64,000 nucleotides of DNA from an uncultured Chloroflexia bacterium (GTDB lineage Bacteria > Chloroflexota > Anaerolineae > CG2-30-64-16): NCBI GenBank assembly GCA_963810095.1, contig CAWEMM010000010.1:224001-288000 (forward strand), written 5' to 3'. The position numbers and the translations under genes are program-made. The stretch's first letter is position 1; each line of letters opens with the position of its first letter. This document shows positions 1-8,153 of the stretch, in pieces. The notes under the pieces are model-generated. The model was not told the origin of the DNA. It was given only the letters and a program-made list of their open reading frames with translations, and did not search any database.

Positions 1-276
1 CTTGTGGCGATGGTCGAAGACCTGTCGCTCCGGTCCGTCAAGTCGCGGCTGGCGCGGCTCCTGCTCGCCGAGGCGTCTCGTGCGGCCACTGCGGGCGAGC
101 TCGATCGCAGCCAAATGGTGACGCAGGCCGAGATGGCCGCCCGCCTGGGCACGGTGCGCGAGATGATCGGCCGGGCGCTGCGCGAACTGGCAGACGAGCA
201 GCTCATCGAGTTCGACAGGCACCGTATCGTGATTGTCGATCAGGCAGGGCTGACGGCGGTTGGCGAAGGGCTCTAG
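1..276 (+). CDS. Crp/Fnr family transcriptional regulator, C-terminal part (5' truncated by window)
   Basis: Crp-type C-helix and HTH: SLRSVKSRLARLLL...TQAEMAARLGTVREMIGRALREL. Confidence 0.9.
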   Translation, partial: LVAMVEDLSLRSVKSRLARLLLAEASRAATAGELDRSQMVTQAEMAARLGTVREMIGRALRELADEQLIEFDRHRIVIVDQAGLTAVGEGL

Positions 277-292
277 TCAAGGCCGGGGCTAA

Positions 293-335
293 AGCGACAA
301 AAGTAACTTACAAGTGGGAGCGCTGCGGCTATCTT
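293..335 (+). promoter_or_regulatory. Putative Crp/Fnr box (AGCGAC-AAAA-GTAACT) with -10 TATCTT
   Basis: Box centre 300.5 lies at -41.5 relative to the +1 inferred from TATCTT (330-335); same geometry recurs at 3011-3053. Confidence 0.55.
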
Positions 336-374
336 TGAGGCGCCGCAGAACGCTGTGCGGCAGGAGTTAGAGGG

Positions 375-602
375 ATGACGAGAGAATTTCTGCCCGAGAT
401 CGATGCGGCGGCCTGCGACGGCTGCGGCGAATGCCTGCCGGCCTGCGGGGCCGGCGCGCTGGCGATGGCCGGCTCGCACGTGGTGCTCGCGCGCCCCGAT
501 CTTTGCGAGTACGATGGGAACTGTGAGCCTGCCTGCCCGGTGGGCGCGATCTCTCTGCCGTATGTCATCCTGCTCGGTTTTCCAACGGAAGCGTCAGGGT
601 GA
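375..602 (+). CDS. Small 4Fe-4S dicluster ferredoxin
   Basis: CDGCGECLPAC and CEYDGNCEPACP motifs. Confidence 0.85.
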   Translation: MTREFLPEIDAAACDGCGECLPACGAGALAMAGSHVVLARPDLCEYDGNCEPACPVGAISLPYVILLGFPTEASG

Positions 603-1699
603 ACAGCGTTCCTGCGCCGGGCACGCTCGCCACAGTCAGTTCGCCGCCGTGTGCCCGCGTTAGCTGGCGCGCGATGGCCAGCCCCAGTCCGCTGTTCCCC
701 GTGCTGCGATCCCGCGCCCGCTCACCCCGCCAGAACCGGTCGAACACATAGGGCAAATCGTCCTCGGCGATCCCTTCCCCCGTATCCCTGACGGTTATTT
801 CCACTTTGCCGCCGGCTTCGCGCGAGAGAGTTGCACGCTGCCGCCCCGCGGTGTGTGCCGCAGCGCATTGGCAACCAGGTTGCTCAAGACCTGGTCGAGC
901 CGGCCCGGGTCGCCCGTCACGCGCAGGGCGGCAGGCGGTGGCTCCACCGTCAGCTCGACACCGTCCGCCTCGGCCTGCCCGCTGAAGCTCGTCGCCACGT
1001 CCGCGAGCAGCTCGCCCAAATCGACGGCCTCACGGGTCATGGGCAGCTCGCCCGCTTCGGCCAGAGAAAGCACCCGCAAATCCTCGATCAGACGACCCAG
1101 TGCCTTGGTTTCCGCCAGCGTTGCGGCCAGGTGTTCGGTCGTTGGCTCGTACACGCCGTCGAGCACGCCTTCGAGGTTGCCCTGGATGATGTGCAAGGGG
1201 GTTCGCAACTCGTGGGCCACGTCTGCGGTCAGGTTGCGGCGGCGTTTGTCGGCCAGCTCCAGCTCGGCAGTCATGTGGTTGAACGCCCCGGCCAGGCGAC
1301 CCACGCCGCTCCGGCCCGTCTCGCCACCCGCACGCTCAAGTCGCCGGCCGCAACGGCATCCGCGGCGTGGACGAGATCGGACAACGGCACGATGAGGCGC
1401 GCGAACCCGTAGCGCAAGAGGACGATGATCCCCACAGGCAGCAGGATCGTGGCGCTGAGCGCGGCCAGCCACGACGCAACCGACCCCGCGTCGCCCAGGC
1501 CGCTCAGGTGACCCACGACGCGCGCAAGCGAGGCGGTCCACAACAGAAAGATGCCGAGACTCAACGCCAGGCCGCCGACGAACCGCCAGAAAAGCCGGCG
1601 GTGCCGGCGGCGGTCCCCGCGCCACTGATGGCGCCATGCTTGCCAATCCCCGTCGCCCCGGTCCCGCCACCGCCGGTCACTCACCGGCCGGCCCTTCAC
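565..1699 (-). CDS. BaeS-like HAMP sensor histidine kinase (split by frameshifts near 1320 and 800)
   Basis: Two TM helices and HAMP in ORF 1271-2404; AHELRTPL and NLVANAL in ORF 795-1670; DTGEGI, FDRFWR and GLGLAI in ORF 565-804; GTG at 1699. Confidence 0.85.
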
Positions 1700-2404
1700 T
1701 CGACCACCTCGCCAGCAGCGGCAAGGACCGGCGAACCTGTAGCCGACGCCGTAAACGGTGAGCACGTACTGGGGTGCCAGGGGGTCCACCTCGATCTTGC
1801 GGCGCAGGTTCTTGATATGCGAGTCCACGCTGCGATCGACCCCGTCGTAAGCGACCCCGTGGATGCGTTCGATCAATTGCTCGCGGGTGAAGACCTGGCC
1901 TGGATTCTGCGCCAGGATCGCCAGCAGGTTGAACTCGCTGCGCGTGAGCGCCAGGTCTGCCCCGCCCCGGCGCACCGCGTGGCTCTCGATGTCAATTTCC
2001 AGCGCGCCGGCCCGGATTACTGCCGGCTCGCGCACCGCGCCGCGCGCCCGTCGCAGCACCGCCCGAACCCGTGCGACCAGCTCGCGAGGAGAAAAAGGCT
2101 TGACGATGTAGTCGTCCGCGCCCAGTTCCAGGCCAATCAAGCGGTCCGCTTCCTCGGCCCGGGCCGTGAGCATGATGACGGGCACGTCAGATGTGCGGCG
2201 CAGCGCCCGGCATACCTCCAGCCCGTCCATGCCGGGCAGGTTGAGGTCCAGCACGACCAGGTCGGGCGGATCGTGGCGCGCCTGGGCCAGCGCGGTGGCG
2301 CCGTCACCTGCGACCACCACGCGGAAACCGTCTCGCACCAGGTAATCCTGTGCGAGGCGGGCAATTTGTGGTTCGTCATCGACAACGAGGATGGTTCCGT
2401 TCAT
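1696..2404 (-). CDS. OmpR/BaeR-family response regulator (3' end affected by a frameshift)
   Basis: ILVVDDE, VLDLNLP, DDYIVKPFS, VDSHIKNLRRK, TVYGVGYRF; probable TGA overlapping the kinase GTG. Confidence 0.92.
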
Positions 2405-2419
2405 AGTGCCATTCTGCCA

Positions 2420-2451
2420 GACCTTCGAGGTTTCGAAAACCTCGAAGGTCT
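2420..2451. repeat. REP-like palindrome GACCTTCGAGGTTT-CG-AAAACCTCGAAGGTC
   Basis: Near-perfect inverted repeat; related copies near 20565 and 21497. Confidence 0.7.
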
Positions 2452-2460
2452 CCTGCGCAC

Positions 2461-2880
2461 CTAGACGCGCTGCTCGCCGCTCGCATCACCTTCGGGCTGC
2501 CGCTCCCACGGCGCCCGGCCCTCATCGTGCCAGCGCCGCGCTTCCTCGCCCATCCGTTGACGCATTTGCTCGTGCCATTCGCGCCGGTGCTGCTGCCATC
2601 GGCCGCCGTGGCCGCGCGTGAGGGCGAAGAAACCCAGCGCCAGGAACCCCAGCCCCAACAAGAGCCCCGGCGCGGCGCCGCCGAAGTGCGGTCCGAAGGC
2701 GCCCCCGGGCATCATGTAGGGCGCCAGCGCCGCGGCCCCGCCATCACTTCCGGCCGACAGGCGACCCGCCATGTAGCCCTGCATCCACGCGTTCTGCTGC
2801 GCCGACCCGTTCGCCGCAGAGATCACGACGATGACGAGCAGAGCCGCCACCGCCAACCCAATCCAACGTCTGCCAAACAT
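2461..2880 (-). CDS. Small two-TM membrane protein upstream of the response regulator
   Basis: GGAGG before ATG 2880; two hydrophobic segments and a charged His/Arg-rich tail. Confidence 0.75.
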   Translation of the reverse strand: MFGRRWIGLAVAALLVIVVISAANGSAQQNAWMQGYMAGRLSAGSDGGAAALAPYMMPGGAFGPHFGGAAPGLLLGLGFLALGFFALTRGHGGRWQQHRREWHEQMRQRMGEEARRWHDEGRAPWERQPEGDASGEQRV

Positions 2881-2942
2881 CGCTTCCTCCATTGTTTGGA
2901 TACCCTGGTCGCAGTGCAGTTTGCATCTGCGATCACGGCATC

Positions 2943-2998
2943 AGGATAGAGCGGGCTTGTGGAGAAACGATGGAGATTCGCGGGAGGTGTGGTGGAAG
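2943..2998 (-). promoter_or_regulatory. Four 11-bp-periodic direct repeats (TCTCCAC-like) and -10 TATCCT; putative BaeR-type sites
   Basis: Plus-strand GTGGAGA 2959, ATGGAGA 2970, CGGGAGG 2981, GTGGAAG 2992. Confidence 0.55.
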
Positions 2999-3010
2999 GT
3001 GTTTCCTCCA

Positions 3011-3053
3011 TGCGACAAAAGTCTCTGACACAGCCTGTTCCATTCGGTACAAT
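3011..3053 (+). promoter_or_regulatory. Putative Crp/Fnr box (TGCGAC-AAAA-GTCTCT) with -10 TACAAT
   Basis: Box centre 3018.5 lies at -41.5 relative to the +1 inferred from TACAAT 3048-3053. Confidence 0.55.
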
Positions 3054-3083
3054 GAGAGTGGCTACATGCCGAAGGAGGGCCAC

Positions 3084-3329
3084 ATGCTCGAGCATTTCTG
3101 TCCCGGCTCCAGCAGCCTGCGCAAGGACATTACCCTGACGATCAAGACCTGCCCGCAATGCGGCTCGGACGTCGAGTTGTTCTCCATCGACAAGCGCGCT
3201 GCGTGCGACACGTGCGGCTTCGTCGTCTACAACAGCCTGCAGTCCTGCATCCAGTGGTGCCGCTACGCCGAGCAATGCGTCGGCACGGAAGCCTACCAGC
3301 AGTTCATGGGTCAAGGAAAGCAAAGCTGA
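3084..3329 (+). CDS. Small Cys-rich zinc-ribbon-like protein
   Basis: GAAGGAGG then ATG 3084; CPG, CPQC, CDTC and CIQWC..AEQC motifs. Confidence 0.8.
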   Translation: MLEHFCPGSSSLRKDITLTIKTCPQCGSDVELFSIDKRAACDTCGFVVYNSLQSCIQWCRYAEQCVGTEAYQQFMGQGKQS

Positions 3330-3433
3330 ACCGAACACTAAGAACCTAAGGAGGTAAGCTTCGCAAGGACTTGGGTAAGCTTCCTGTCTTCGGTTCTTCC
3401 TGTTATCGTGATCCTCACAGGAGCGAACTTCCA

Positions 3434-4225
3434 GTGACTAGAGCCCTACGAAAGATCATTACCATCGACGAAGAGAAGTGCGATGGCTGCGGTAACTGCG
3501 TGCCGGGGTGCGTCGAGGGCGCGCTCCAGATCGTGGACGGCAAAGCCCGGTTGGTGAAAGAAAGCTACTGCGACGGACTGGGCGCGTGCCTGGGCGAGTG
3601 TCCGCAGGGCGCGCTGACGGTGACCGAGTTGGAGGTCGATGCCTACGACGAGGCCGGCGTGCTGGGCTATCTCGAGCAGAAGTCGCCTGAACTGGTGCAG
3701 CGCCACGTCGAGCACCTCGAAGCCCATGGCATGAAATCTTCTTACGCAGCTCAGCCGCCAGCGCCGGCCCGTGCGCCGGTCGCTATGTGTCCCTCGGTCC
3801 GCCTGGACGCGTGGGCTGCGCCGACATTGGGCGATCAGAGCGGCTCGAATGGCGCCGCGCAGCGCGCCAAGTCCGAGCTGCGGCAGTGGCCCGTGCAACT
3901 GACCCTGCTGCCGCCGAATGCACCCTTTCTGCAGCGGGCTCACCTCACTTTGATCGCGGACTGCGTCCCTTTCGCCGCGCCTAATATGCATGCGGACTTC
4001 ATGGCGGAGGGTGCGATTGCCGTCGGTTGTCCCAAGCTGGACGACGGGCAGGCGTACATCAAGAAGCTGGCGCAGATGATCCAGGCCGCCGACATCCAGA
4101 GCATTCGCGTCGCCTACATGGAAGTGCCATGCTGCCGCGGCCTCGTTTTCATCGCGCAGCAGGCCATTCAGCTCAGCGGCAAGGATGTGCCCCTCACCAC
4201 CGAGCTGGTTGCGATTCACGGCTAG
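3434..4225 (+). CDS. 4Fe-4S dicluster protein with C-terminal Cys domain (type often linked to hcp and nitrosative-stress loci)
   Basis: CDGCGNCVPGC, CDGLGACLGECP, LRQWPVQL, IADC, GCPKLD, MEVPCC. Confidence 0.88.
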   Translation: MTRALRKIITIDEEKCDGCGNCVPGCVEGALQIVDGKARLVKESYCDGLGACLGECPQGALTVTELEVDAYDEAGVLGYLEQKSPELVQRHVEHLEAHGMKSSYAAQPPAPARAPVAMCPSVRLDAWAAPTLGDQSGSNGAAQRAKSELRQWPVQLTLLPPNAPFLQRAHLTLIADCVPFAAPNMHADFMAEGAIAVGCPKLDDGQAYIKKLAQMIQAADIQSIRVAYMEVPCCRGLVFIAQQAIQLSGKDVPLTTELVAIHG

Positions 4226-4237
4226 ATTGTGTATAAT
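4209..4237 (+). promoter_or_regulatory. Sigma70-type promoter for nrfHA
   Basis: TTGCGA-N17-TATAAT. Confidence 0.55.
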
Positions 4238-4283
4238 TGCGCATGGCTCGACACTATCATTTGATCTGACGAAGGAGTCCAGG

Positions 4284-4808
4284 ATGCAGAACGGCCCCCC
4301 TGTCCCGGGGGAACCCACCCCCGCCGCGCCGCAGTCGCGCAGCACCCGGCTGTTCAGTTTCTTCCCATTATGGATCTGGATTGCCTTGGCCGGCCTGTTT
4401 GGCGGCATTGTCGGCCTGGGCGGGTTTACCTTCAGTTACGCCTCGGGCCTCTCTTATCTGTCCAACGATCCGGCCGCCTGTGTCAATTGTCACATCATGC
4501 GGCCCCAGTGGGACGCGTGGAACAACGGTCCGCACCACACCGTCGCGGCCTGCAACGACTGCCATGTGCCCCACGACAGCATCGTGTCCAAGTACGCGGT
4601 CAAGGCGCTGAACGGCTTCCGCCACAGCTACGCCTTCACCACCGGCGACTTCGAAGAGCCCATTCGGATCCTGCCGATGGACCGGGAGATCACCCGCAAC
4701 GCGTGCATCTCCTGTCACGGCGCGCTGACCAATGACATGAGCCACGCCAACGCCGAAGACCCCACCGACTGTCTGCGATGCCACTCCGAGGTCGGCCACG
4801 CCGACTGA
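4284..4808 (+). CDS. nrfH: Cytochrome c nitrite reductase small subunit (tetraheme)
   Basis: N-terminal TM; CVNCHIM, CNDCH, CISCH, CLRCH; directly upstream of nrfA. Confidence 0.95.
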   Translation: MQNGPPVPGEPTPAAPQSRSTRLFSFFPLWIWIALAGLFGGIVGLGGFTFSYASGLSYLSNDPAACVNCHIMRPQWDAWNNGPHHTVAACNDCHVPHDSIVSKYAVKALNGFRHSYAFTTGDFEEPIRILPMDREITRNACISCHGALTNDMSHANAEDPTDCLRCHSEVGHAD

Positions 4809-4831
4809 GCGAGTTATAACGAGGAGGACCT

Positions 4832-6130
4832 GTGAAGACCAAGCGATCATGGTTATGGATCGGCCTGGCCTTTGTGGCCGGGATCATCATCATGGGCGGC
4901 ATCGCAGCCGTGCTCATGAATATCCAGACGCACAAGAACGAGGAAGCTGTCGCTTCCGTAAAGATCACGCCCATCAGCAACACCGAGCTGGACCCCGCGG
5001 TGTGGGGGCAGAACTTCCCGCGCGAGTATGACTCGTTCAAGAAGACGCAGATCGACGGGGTCGAAACCCCCTACGGCGGCTCGAAGAAGATCGACAAGCT
5101 CGAGAGATATCCCATCCTGAAGCGGGTCTGGGCGGGCTACGCGTTCAGCGTCGAGTTCAACGAGGAGCGCGGCCACTACTATGCGCTGACCGACCAAAAG
5201 GAGACCAAGCGCCAGGAAGTCGTCAAGCAGCCGGGCGCATGCGCCAACTGCCACGCCGCCGAAGCACCCCTCCTGATCGAGTCGATGGGCTGGGATACTT
5301 TCAATTCCACGCCCTACAAGGAACTCGAGAGCCAGCTTCACGGCGGCTCGACCTGTCGCGACTGCCACAACCCCGAGACGATGGAGCTGTGGATCAGCCG
5401 GCCCGCTTTCAAGAACGCGATGGAGAAGCGCGGCGTCGACCTGTCGAAGGCCACCCGGCAGGAGATGCGCACGTACGTGTGTGCGCAGTGCCACGTGGAG
5501 TACTATTTCAAGGGCGACAAGAAAGAGCTGACCTTCCCGTGGGAGAAGGGCCTCCAGATCGAGAACATCAACGAGTACTACGACGAGTACGGGTTCAAGG
5601 ACTGGACGCACAAGGAAACCGGCGCGCCCATGCTGAAGATGCAGCACCCCGAGTTCGAGATGTTCTCCACCAGCCTGCACTACCGGTCGGGTGTGGCCTG
5701 TGCCGACTGCCACATGCCCTACATGCGCGAGGGCGCGGCCAAGGTTTCGGACCATTGGGTGCGCAGCCCGCTGACCAACGTCAACGCCGCGTGCGGCACG
5801 TGCCACAAGGAAGACGAGCAGGCGCTGAAGGATCGCATCCTGATCATCCAGAACAACACGGCACAGCTGCTCCGCACGACCGAAGGCGCGATGGAAGCGG
5901 CGATCGACGCGCTGGCGAAGGCCAAGGCCGCCGGGTTCACCGACGAGCAGCTTAAAGAGGCGCAGAACTTCCACCGCCAGGCTTCCATGCGCTACGACTT
6001 CGTCATGTCCGAAAACTCCACCGGCTTCCACAGCCCCCAGGAAGCCGCCCGGGTGCTCGGCAATGCGATCGACCTGGCGCGGCAGGCGCAGATTGCGGCC
6101 GAGCGCCTGATGGCGACGGCCCAGAAGTAA
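4832..6130 (+). CDS. nrfA: Pentaheme cytochrome c552 nitrite reductase (ammonia-forming)
   Basis: EERGH, CANCH, CRDCH, CAQCHVEYYF, KMQHPEFE, CADCH, CGTCH, ENSTGFH. Confidence 0.96.
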   Translation: MKTKRSWLWIGLAFVAGIIIMGGIAAVLMNIQTHKNEEAVASVKITPISNTELDPAVWGQNFPREYDSFKKTQIDGVETPYGGSKKIDKLERYPILKRVWAGYAFSVEFNEERGHYYALTDQKETKRQEVVKQPGACANCHAAEAPLLIESMGWDTFNSTPYKELESQLHGGSTCRDCHNPETMELWISRPAFKNAMEKRGVDLSKATRQEMRTYVCAQCHVEYYFKGDKKELTFPWEKGLQIENINEYYDEYGFKDWTHKETGAPMLKMQHPEFEMFSTSLHYRSGVACADCHMPYMREGAAKVSDHWVRSPLTNVNAACGTCHKEDEQALKDRILIIQNNTAQLLRTTEGAMEAAIDALAKAKAAGFTDEQLKEAQNFHRQASMRYDFVMSENSTGFHSPQEAARVLGNAIDLARQAQIAAERLMATAQK

Positions 6131-6151
6131 CCGCTGCCGGGACAACCAATG

Positions 6152-6183
6152 CGGGCCCGGAGAGGGATTGCTCTCCGGGCCCG
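6152..6183 (+). terminator. Hairpin after nrfA
   Basis: CGGGCCCGGAGAG...CTCTCCGGGCCCG; no U tract. Confidence 0.45.
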
Positions 6184-6394
6184 CTCGCGTGCGCCGCAAC
6201 CCTGCAGCGCAGTCGCGCACAGAAGGGTCGCAGCCTGGTGCCGGCAAACACTTAAGCAAACCATAAGCTTCACAAGCGCAATGCCCCTGGTTGTACCTAT
6301 CTTCTCCTTTTTGCTCAACTCAAAGGCTCGACTATACTAGTGGTTGGTGTGCGAGCCGCCAGAGGCGCGCGCGATTCGACCTAACGAGCGTGAT

Positions 6395-8047
6395 ATGCCC
6401 CGAGAGAAGTGGGACGGAAGCAAAGCGCAGGTTGGCTCGCCGGTGATGTTGCCGGGCGCGCACAACGGATCCGCCCCGAGCCCAAACGGTTTTTCACCAC
6501 GGAGCATGCCGCCTGCGCCCGACCAGGCGCGGCATGCGAAGCTGGATGCGGTTACCGACCCCCACCATTGGACGTACAAGGTTCCCGGCGTTCTGACGCT
6601 GCTGGCCTGCCTGATCTTTGCAGCCGTGGGTATTTACGATCCGGACAACGTATTCTGGGTCGTGCAGGTGCTCGGGCTGTACCTGCTGTTCCGCTTTCTC
6701 CTCGTGGTCGTGTTTTACCCGGTCGGTCAGTGGCGTATTCACCGGCTCGAGCGGAAACCGGCACCCACGCGTGCAGAAGCGCTTGCCGTTCCTGCCGGCC
6801 TGACTGCGCCCGTGCACCATGTGATCATTCTGGCGAACTTCAAGGAGCCGGAGGTCGTGGTCGCGCGCACCCTCGAACGGCTCGCGCAGCAAGCCAATGC
6901 GCGCCAAACCCTCACGGTAGTCATGGCGATGGAGGACGCGGAGCCGGGTTCGCAGCAGAAGGGCGAGCGGCTCAAGCGGCGCTTCGGGCAGTATTTCGCG
7001 CACATGTTGGTGACGGTTCATCCGCGGGGGCTGCCGGGCGAGGCGCCCGGTAAGGGTTCCAACCAGGCATGGGCCGCACGGCGCGCCAAGGAATACCTGG
7101 TCGACGGTCTGGGCCTCCCGCTGGCGTCGCTGACCATTACGTCGTGCGACGCGGATTCGCTCATCCATCCCGCCTACTTTGCCGAGCTGGGGCGGCAGTT
7201 CGCGGCTGACGAGCGACGCCACGAGCGGCTGTGGCAGGCACCGTTCCGCTTCAACAACAACATCTGGCGCTCTCCCGCGCCCATTCGCCTGCTGGGCTTC
7301 CTGAACAACATGGTCCAGGTTTCCGAGCTTGCCAATCCGCTGGCCGTGAACATGCCGCTGAGCACCTACTCGCTCAGCTTCCAGCTCCTCGACGACGTCG
7401 GGTACTGGGACGAAATGGTTATCGCCGAGGATTGGCACATCCTCCTGCGCTGCCTCTACGCCACCTACGGCCGTGTCACCCTGCAGCCCGTCTTCCTGCC
7501 CACTTGCGGCGATTCGGTCACGGGCGACTCGATCTGGGAAGCCTTCCGCATCTTCTATAAGCAGCGGCTGCGGCATGCGTGGGGCGCCAGCGATATCGGC
7601 TACATGCTCCAGCAGTGGAACCGCTGGCCGGGGACGCCGTTTTGGCCCAAGGCCGTTACGCTCGCCAAGGTGCTCCACGACCACATCGTCTTTACGATCG
7701 CCGGCCTGCTGCTCGGGCTCGGCTCGATCGTGATGGTGCTGCAGCACGGCCTGCTCGCCGTCGCCGCGCCGTTTCCCGGCCTGTACACGTTCCTGCTCCA
7801 GTCGGGCAACGGCCTGACGGCGGTGGGCACCGCGGGCGCGTGGTTGTACGAGCACCTGACGAGCCGGCGCGAAAGCCCTGGTTGGCGCCCCGATCATCTG
7901 TTTTCTGAAGCGCTCACGTGGATCGTGCTGGCCCCCTGCACGCTGTTCCTGGTAATCGTGCCCACGTTCGAGGCCCAGTTCCGCCAGATGTTTGGCGGCG
8001 ATCTCGTGTTCTGGCGCACGCCGAAAAAGGCAGTCGATACGCGGTAG
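6395..8047 (+). CDS. Membrane-embedded GT2 glycosyltransferase (start uncertain)
   Basis: N- and C-terminal TMs; GKGSN, CDADS, IAEDWH, QRLRHAWG. Confidence 0.85.
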   Translation: MPREKWDGSKAQVGSPVMLPGAHNGSAPSPNGFSPRSMPPAPDQARHAKLDAVTDPHHWTYKVPGVLTLLACLIFAAVGIYDPDNVFWVVQVLGLYLLFRFLLVVVFYPVGQWRIHRLERKPAPTRAEALAVPAGLTAPVHHVIILANFKEPEVVVARTLERLAQQANARQTLTVVMAMEDAEPGSQQKGERLKRRFGQYFAHMLVTVHPRGLPGEAPGKGSNQAWAARRAKEYLVDGLGLPLASLTITSCDADSLIHPAYFAELGRQFAADERRHERLWQAPFRFNNNIWRSPAPIRLLGFLNNMVQVSELANPLAVNMPLSTYSLSFQLLDDVGYWDEMVIAEDWHILLRCLYATYGRVTLQPVFLPTCGDSVTGDSIWEAFRIFYKQRLRHAWGASDIGYMLQQWNRWPGTPFWPKAVTLAKVLHDHIVFTIAGLLLGLGSIVMVLQHGLLAVAAPFPGLYTFLLQSGNGLTAVGTAGAWLYEHLTSRRESPGWRPDHLFSEALTWIVLAPCTLFLVIVPTFEAQFRQMFGGDLVFWRTPKKAVDTR

Positions 8048-8054
8048 CGGCCAA

Positions 8055-8129
8055 CACCACAAAGACACCAAGACATAAAGCGCGACCAAGACGCTTCGTG
8101 ATACTTTGTGTCTTCGCGTCCCGGTGGTG
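8055..8129. repeat. Inverted repeat built of roughly 9-bp units (CACAAAGAC / CTTTGTGT)
   Basis: Direct inspection; related copy at 49528-49601. Confidence 0.65.
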
Positions 8130-8153
8130 AGAGTCTGAATGAGGAGCGTACAA

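Noticed and set aside
1271-2404. Apparent response regulator-TM-HAMP fusion of 377 aa
   Set aside because: A GTGA stop/start overlap at 1696-1699 and nearby indels indicate two ordinary genes merged by a frameshift error
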